Position numbers and translations under genes: made by a program
From: Candidatus Nomurabacteria bacterium
Lineage (GTDB): Bacteria > Patescibacteriota > Minisyncoccia > Phycocordibacterales > Phycocordibacteraceae
Length of the DNA stretch: 64,000 nucleotides
Assembly (NCBI GenBank): GCA_943353835.1
Contig: CALRBA010000001.1
Coordinates: 17,497 to 81,496 of the forward strand
Direction of reading: 5' to 3'
Shown here: piece after piece, positions 58,618 to 64,000 of the stretch
Numbering within the stretch: the first letter of the stretch is position 1
Layout of the letters: every line of letters begins with the position of its first letter
Notes under the pieces: generated by a model
What the model was told of the DNA's origin: nothing
Database searches by the model: none
What the model saw: only the letters and a program-made list of their open reading frames with translations

Positions 58618-59856
58618 ATGGCATTCGACCGGCGTGAGACAGCAATTCTTATTATAGGAGATTTCTTCATATTGGTAGCGTCTCTTTGGGTCGCGCTTCT
58701 TCTCCGTAACCTTGCTCTACCTCCTCTCGGTTACTTTGAGGCGAATCTTATCCCGTTCCTCCCGATGTTCTTTGTATCACTCATTGTCTTCTATATCGCA
58801 GGTTTATATGAGAAACAAACCAGACCTATTAGGAGTGTGATGGGTGTACGTATTTTCGGAGCGCAGGTCGCTACTGTTATGATTGCCTCCGTACTTTTCT
58901 TTATACTACCTCTCTCTATAGCCCCGAAGACGATTCTGGTGCTGTATCTGATAGTCTCGGTAGTCGCCGAGAGTGCGTGGCGTTTTTATCGTATGAACAG
59001 TGAGATCGCAGAAGGCAGTCGTACACCGGCAATATTAGTCGGCCACGGTCATGCGGTCAATGAGCTTTACGACGAAGTGAGCGGGAACAACCGGTATCTT
59101 ATTCGGTTTATTAAGCGCGTAGAAACGAACGATTCGCCGGCAGAAGTCGTATTGGTGAACGGTAAGAATACCGTCATGAGTTTTACATCTTTGTATGAAG
59201 AGATTTTTGACCGTGTACCTCTAGAACATTTAGATTCTAAACAACTCCTGCAATCTATGTCTAAGTATCGTGTGTTGTACGACATCAGCAAACGCATTTT
59301 TGACATCGCTCTAGCCACTATGTTATCTATTATTGCGATTCCGTTTATAACAGTTGCGGCCGCCGTTCTTTCAATAGAAAGTGGCGCGCCTTTTATTCAC
59401 CCTGAACGTATTGGGAAAAATGGTCGCATAATCAAACTCCATAAACTCCGTACGATGCTTTTTAATGATAACGGCGACCCGGAACTGCAGAAAAAAAATC
59501 GCGTAACATCATTTGGCCGCGCACTTCGTAAATCGCGCATTGATGAATTACCACAACTCTGGAACGTATTAGCCGGCGACCTGTCTTTCATCGGTCCGCG
59601 ACCTGAATTTCCAAAAATCGCCGAAGTGTATGAACGTGAGATACCACAGTACGTGATGCGTCATCTGATAACTCCTGGCCTCTCAGGCTGGGCGCAAATT
59701 CACGACTATGATGCGCCGCGCGGACCGGCCGATGTCGTCCGGACGCGGCGCAAAGTCTCGTATGACCTGTACTATCTGAAGCACAGGTCGTTCGGGCTGG
59801 ACCTCGCCATTGCCATCAAAACGCTCCGCACATTATTCGCTTTTTCTGGAACATGA
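58618..59856 (+). CDS. Priming sugar-phosphate transferase (WcaJ/WbaP family)
   Basis: KRIFDI, KLRTM, DELPQLWNVL, GPRPE, PGLSGWAQ. Confidence 0.93.
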   Translation: MAFDRRETAILIIGDFFILVASLWVALLLRNLALPPLGYFEANLIPFLPMFFVSLIVFYIAGLYEKQTRPIRSVMGVRIFGAQVATVMIASVLFFILPLSIAPKTILVLYLIVSVVAESAWRFYRMNSEIAEGSRTPAILVGHGHAVNELYDEVSGNNRYLIRFIKRVETNDSPAEVVLVNGKNTVMSFTSLYEEIFDRVPLEHLDSKQLLQSMSKYRVLYDISKRIFDIALATMLSIIAIPFITVAAAVLSIESGAPFIHPERIGKNGRIIKLHKLRTMLFNDNGDPELQKKNRVTSFGRALRKSRIDELPQLWNVLAGDLSFIGPRPEFPKIAEVYEREIPQYVMRHLITPGLSGWAQIHDYDAPRGPADVVRTRRKVSYDLYYLKHRSFGLDLAIAIKTLRTLFAFSGT

Positions 59857-60773
59857 TACAAAACAAAAAAAAGAAGGTAGTCGTTACTGGCGGCGCAGGA
59901 TTCATAGGCTCGCATCTCGCCACCGCATTACTGGCGGGAGGGTATGTCGTAGCGGTAGTCGATAACTTATCGGGCGGAAAGAAAGAGAAAATCCCGAAAG
60001 GGGCGGAATTCTTTGAGCAAGATGTGAACGATACCGCAGCACTTACTAAGGTGATGGCTGGCGCGGAATTCGTCTTCCATCTCGCTGCGCTGCCGCGCGT
60101 GCAGTTTTCTATAGAGCACCCGATAGAAACCAATAGGGCGAATGTTGACGGCACAGTCTCGGTGCTGAAGGCCTCACAGGACGCTAGTGTCAAGCGCGTG
60201 ATCTACTCGGCCTCAAGCTCGGCGTATGGCGACCAAGTAGTCATGCCGCTTACTGAAGATATGCCGGCAAACCCAAAAAGCCCGTACGGCCTCCATAAAT
60301 ATATCGGCGAGTTGTATTGTCGCGTCTTCAGTGAAGTGTATGGTCTTCCGACGGTTTCGCTGCGTTATTTTAATGTGTACGGTCCTGGCGCGGACCCTGA
60401 GGGCGCATATGCGCTGGTCATCGCGAAATTCTTGAAACAGCGTGCACTCGGCGGACCAATGACCATCACCGGAGATGGAAAACAAACGCGAGATTTCACC
60501 CACGTGCGCGATGTGGTGCGGGCGAATATATTGGCGGCGCAGTCGGAACAGGTAGGAAAGGGAGAAGTCATAAATATCGGTGCAGGACAGAATGCGTCAG
60601 TCGTGCGCATTGCAGAACTTATCGGGGGGGCGGTTGAACATATCGCGCCGCGCCTTGAGCCGCACGACACGCTCGCGGATAACTCTCTCGCACAAAAATT
60701 GCTCGGATGGGAGCCCACCGTTTCATTAGAGGAAGGAATTGCGGAGCTGAAGCGCGAATGGAACATCGTATGA
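59853..60773 (+). CDS. NAD-dependent nucleotide-sugar epimerase/dehydratase
   Basis: VTGGAGFIGSH, SPYGLHK, RYFNVYGP, RDFTHV. Confidence 0.95.
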   Translation: MIQNKKKKVVVTGGAGFIGSHLATALLAGGYVVAVVDNLSGGKKEKIPKGAEFFEQDVNDTAALTKVMAGAEFVFHLAALPRVQFSIEHPIETNRANVDGTVSVLKASQDASVKRVIYSASSSAYGDQVVMPLTEDMPANPKSPYGLHKYIGELYCRVFSEVYGLPTVSLRYFNVYGPGADPEGAYALVIAKFLKQRALGGPMTITGDGKQTRDFTHVRDVVRANILAAQSEQVGKGEVINIGAGQNASVVRIAELIGGAVEHIAPRLEPHDTLADNSLAQKLLGWEPTVSLEEGIAELKREWNIV

Positions 60774-60829
60774 TTATTGACGGCCGCGCGCTTGCCGAAC
60801 AAAAGAATTCGTCTATACTCTCTGAATGA
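60770..60829 (+). pseudogene. folD: Vestigial 5' end of folD
   Basis: MIIDGRALAE matches the FolD N-terminus; ATGA-coupled to the upstream gene; stops after 19 codons. Confidence 0.6.
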
Positions 60830-62142
60830 CTCGGTTTAGAGTGTCTGCTGTTGTTGCCCTGCTTATAGGGCTTTTACTTGCCTATTTCGTTTGGTCTACT
60901 CAAGCGAATCCAGATAGCAAATATCGTTTCAAGCTAGGGTTAGACCTAGCCGGAGGCACAGAACTCGTCTATAAGGCCGATATGAGCCAGATACCGTCTG
61001 GTGAGCGCTCTGATGCTTTATCGGCGCTTCATGGCGTCATTGAGCGCAGAGTGAACCTTTTCGGCGTTGCGGAGCCATTAGTCCAGACGGAAAGAGCGAA
61101 CACTCTTTATGGAATTACCGATGATCGTCTAATTGTTGAACTCCCGGGCGTAACCGATATTAAAGCGGCAGTGAAGGCTCTTGGTGAGACACCCACACTC
61201 GACTTCAGGCTTCCAGAGATAGGGATTGTCGGCACGACCACTCAAATCATTGGGTTCGTCTCAACCGGTCTTACTGGACGCTATGTATCAAGTGCGACGC
61301 TCGGGTTCGGCTCTGGGGCGACATCTGGTCTTACAGCGCCCGAAGTAATTCTCAATTTTAACAGTGAGGGCGCGCAGCTCTTTGAAAAAATTACGAGAGA
61401 GAATATAGGCAAACAGCTAGCGATATTCTTAGATGGTCAGCCGATTTCAGCACCGGTTATCCAAGAAGTAATCTCAGGCGGTCAAGCGACTATCACTGGA
61501 CAATTCACTTCGCTTGAGGCGCGCGATCTTGTTCGTAATCTTAATTTCGGCGCGCTCCCGGTGCCCATTGAACTAGAAAGCAGTTCGGCAGTCGGTCCCA
61601 CTCTCGGAGTCGAGGCTATTAGCGCTGGCGTCGTCGCCGGTATCATAGGTTTCGCCATCGTCGCGTTCTTTATGATTGCGTGGTATCGTCTCCCCGGCCT
61701 TGTTGCGGTTATCGCTCTTACCGAATATCTCGTTCTTATGCTCGCAGTTATAAAGGTTATTCCGGTTACGCTCACAGCCTCTGGTATCGCAGCTCTCATT
61801 ATCACACTTGGTATGGCCGTGGACGCGAACGTTCTTATATCTGAACGCATGAAAGAAGAATTGCGTGCTGGTAAGAATCCTCGTGAGGCGGTACATATTG
61901 GTTTCGCGCGCGCATGGACGGCGATCAGAGATGGCCATCTCACGATGATCATCTCAGGTGCTATTCTCTTCTGGCTTGGGACGAGTATCATACAGGGTTT
62001 CGCATTCGTCTTTGTGCTCGGCATACTCGCGTCCTTCATCTCTGCCGTAACGCTCTCTCGCGTCTTTCTACTCGCGATTGTTCCCGAAGAGGAACGTGGC
62101 GCGTTGAAATTCCTGCTCGGTTCAGGATTTCGTAAAAATTAA
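60826..62142 (+). CDS. secD: Protein translocase subunit SecD
   Basis: KLGLDLAGG, IVELPG, GALPVP, GMAVDANVLI. Confidence 0.97.
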   Translation: MTRFRVSAVVALLIGLLLAYFVWSTQANPDSKYRFKLGLDLAGGTELVYKADMSQIPSGERSDALSALHGVIERRVNLFGVAEPLVQTERANTLYGITDDRLIVELPGVTDIKAAVKALGETPTLDFRLPEIGIVGTTTQIIGFVSTGLTGRYVSSATLGFGSGATSGLTAPEVILNFNSEGAQLFEKITRENIGKQLAIFLDGQPISAPVIQEVISGGQATITGQFTSLEARDLVRNLNFGALPVPIELESSSAVGPTLGVEAISAGVVAGIIGFAIVAFFMIAWYRLPGLVAVIALTEYLVLMLAVIKVIPVTLTASGIAALIITLGMAVDANVLISERMKEELRAGKNPREAVHIGFARAWTAIRDGHLTMIISGAILFWLGTSIIQGFAFVFVLGILASFISAVTLSRVFLLAIVPEEERGALKFLLGSGFRKN

Positions 62143-62144
62143 TT

Positions 62145-63044
62145 ATGTTTATCATAGCTCATCGCAAATTCTTCTTCTGGCTTACTGGTCTCATTTTGGC
62201 GGCGGCTATCGGTGCGATTATGTTCTTCGGCTTGCCGCTCGGCATTGATTTTACCGGTGGTTCTATGATGAAGGTTGATTATCCTGGCGGACGCCCGGCG
62301 ATTGAAGATATCCAAAAACAAGTCGCCATTGTTCCCAATATAGGGAATGTCTCGGTCCGCGCGTTTGGTGAAAACGCAATTTCTATCCGTACACGCGCCA
62401 TGACGTTGGAAGAATATAATGTAATGCTCGGCGCCGTGTCATCTCTAGGAGAGACGGTTGAACTCTCTTACACTTCAGTAGGCTCGGCGCTCGGGAGCCA
62501 ATTCGCCAATAAAGCGCTCTGGGCTATTTTTGCTGTGGCTCTCGCCATAGTGTTTTACATTGCTATCGCATTCCGCAGAGTATCGCGACCGGTGCCTTCG
62601 TGGGGATACGGGCTTGTAGTTGTTGCAATGCTCGCCATAGACATTATCGTTCCTGTCGGGTTCTATGCGGCGTACGCACACTTCACAGGAGCAGAGGTGG
62701 ACTCTCTTTTTATCGTCGCTCTGCTCGCACTTATCGGATACGTCGTAAACGATATTATTGTCGTCTTTGACCGCATACGCGAACACCTTGTTAAAAACGA
62801 AAAGACAGGGTTCAAAGAGTCATTTGAAGACACGATAGGAAAATCGATTGATGAGGTAATGGCGCGTTCCATCAACACCTCTCTCACCACGTCGCTCGTA
62901 CTGCTCGCCCTTATATTCTTCGGCGCCGAGGCGACTCGCAATTTCGCACTCGTGATTCTTGTCGGCGTTATCGTTGGCACATTCTCCTCTATTTGTCGCT
63001 CCGCCCCGCTCCTTATCCCACTCGCGAATTGGTTTAAGAAATAA
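62145..63044 (+). CDS. secF: Protein translocase subunit SecF
   Basis: LGIDFTGG, GYVVNDIIVVFDRIRE, RSINTS. Confidence 0.97.
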   Translation: MFIIAHRKFFFWLTGLILAAAIGAIMFFGLPLGIDFTGGSMMKVDYPGGRPAIEDIQKQVAIVPNIGNVSVRAFGENAISIRTRAMTLEEYNVMLGAVSSLGETVELSYTSVGSALGSQFANKALWAIFAVALAIVFYIAIAFRRVSRPVPSWGYGLVVVAMLAIDIIVPVGFYAAYAHFTGAEVDSLFIVALLALIGYVVNDIIVVFDRIREHLVKNEKTGFKESFEDTIGKSIDEVMARSINTSLTTSLVLLALIFFGAEATRNFALVILVGVIVGTFSSICRSAPLLIPLANWFKK

Positions 63045-63150
63045 AACATCTAACTATAGAAATAGTTTGTATCTGTACTAAAAATACTAAGCAAGGGTGA
63101 CGGCTCACTCCACTATAGCGCTTTGTTCGTCTCGCGCAACTTGTACTCGT

Positions 63151-63591
63151 TTATTTTTGTGCTGCCTTAGCGATAAGCCAAGAAGAAGATTGCACCTTCC
63201 CGCCAGCGCCCACGTTGTAGAGCATTTTTATACCGAGCTCTTTGCAGAGTTCAACCTCGGGAATAGGGTCGCCGTCGGGGTGCCGGTCACCACCGTTCGC
63301 GAAAATGTCGGGCTTAACCGAGCGCAGAGCGCGACACACGCTCCTGTCGGGGTCGCCCGGCGCGTGATCGGTTAGGAAGACGCGGTCAACGCCCTTAATC
63401 GCGCCAACAATCTCCTCGCGCTCTACGCCAGGCATAAAAGGTTTGCCCTTTTTATCGGCGAGCCAGTTGTCGTTATTCAGAATCACGACGAGCTCGTCCC
63501 CCAGCTTCTTCGCTTCTTGGAACATCCTGATGTGCCCGATGTGAAGCGGGTCAAACCCGCCCGATACCGCTACGACAATCGGCTTTTTCAT
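63151..63591 (-). CDS. Cytidylyltransferase family protein (TagD/RfaE-II-like)
   Basis: SGGFDPLHIGH, ANGGDR, KVQSSS. Confidence 0.92.
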   Translation of the reverse strand: MKKPIVVAVSGGFDPLHIGHIRMFQEAKKLGDELVVILNNDNWLADKKGKPFMPGVEREEIVGAIKGVDRVFLTDHAPGDPDRSVCRALRSVKPDIFANGGDRHPDGDPIPEVELCKELGIKMLYNVGAGGKVQSSSWLIAKAAQK

Positions 63592-63608
63592 GGCACTAGT
63601 ATATCAGC

Positions 63609-63637
63609 TTGACGCCCCTAGGGCAGTCATATAGTAT
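63609..63637 (+). promoter_or_regulatory. Probable 16S rRNA promoter
   Basis: TTGACG-N17-TAGTAT. Confidence 0.55.
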
Positions 63638-63823
63638 GACCATACTGCCACTCGGTTCATGAGTAGGTAGGGGAAGTCTAGAAAATGAACTCGAAGGGGT
63701 TCATTGTGCGTTCTAGCGCTGTTATTTGACAACCCACATACGTGCTAAATGTGAAATGAAAAGCCCCCGCCAACATCTGCGAAGTTGTTGCGGGGGAGTG
63801 TGAATTCTTTTGTTCCGCCTATT

Positions 63824-64000
63824 CTTAATGAGAGTTTGATCCTAGCTCAGGGTGAATGCTGGCGGCGTGGATAAGTCATGCAAGTAGAACGCCCCGCAAG
63901 GGGAGTTGCGAACGAGGTAGTAACACGTAGGTAGATCCCCCGAAGTCGGGCATAGCCAGTCGAAAGACTGGGTAATTCCCGATAGCGTGGAGACACTAAA
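63824..64000 (+). rRNA. rrs: 16S rRNA, 5' part
   Basis: AGAGTTTGATCCTAGCTCAG...GCTGGCGGCGTG...CATGCAAGT. Confidence 0.97.

Overview
64-kb segment of a small-genome bacterium, most likely Patescibacteria/CPR (Parcubacteria-like). This is inferred from the gene set, unlinked and intron-containing rRNA genes, absence of rplA after rplK, an alpha2-type GlyRS and a type-2 IleRS. The window is mostly housekeeping genes (polA end, holA-like, ruvA, recA, recO, ftsK, argS/ileS/glyQS/metG, ribosomal proteins, secE-nusG-rplK, secDF, pilMNO-like cluster). It also holds 8 tRNAs, a MazF-type TA pair, a large S-layer-like protein next to an O-antigen-ligase/TPR gene, a 23S-5S locus with two group I introns (L2500 with a LAGLIDADG gene, L2593 without an ORF), and the start of a separate 16S gene downstream. 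Most notable: (1) several families of ~20-60 nt palindromic mini-repeats found both between genes and in-frame inside core proteins, including an identical 17-aa insert in PolA and L19 whose DNA copies differ only by synonymous, mostly stem-compensating changes; (2) -10 boxes 6-9 nt upstream of many start codons, suggesting largely leaderless mRNAs; (3) deletion scars of thyA and folD. All calls come from reading the sequence; no database searches were run.
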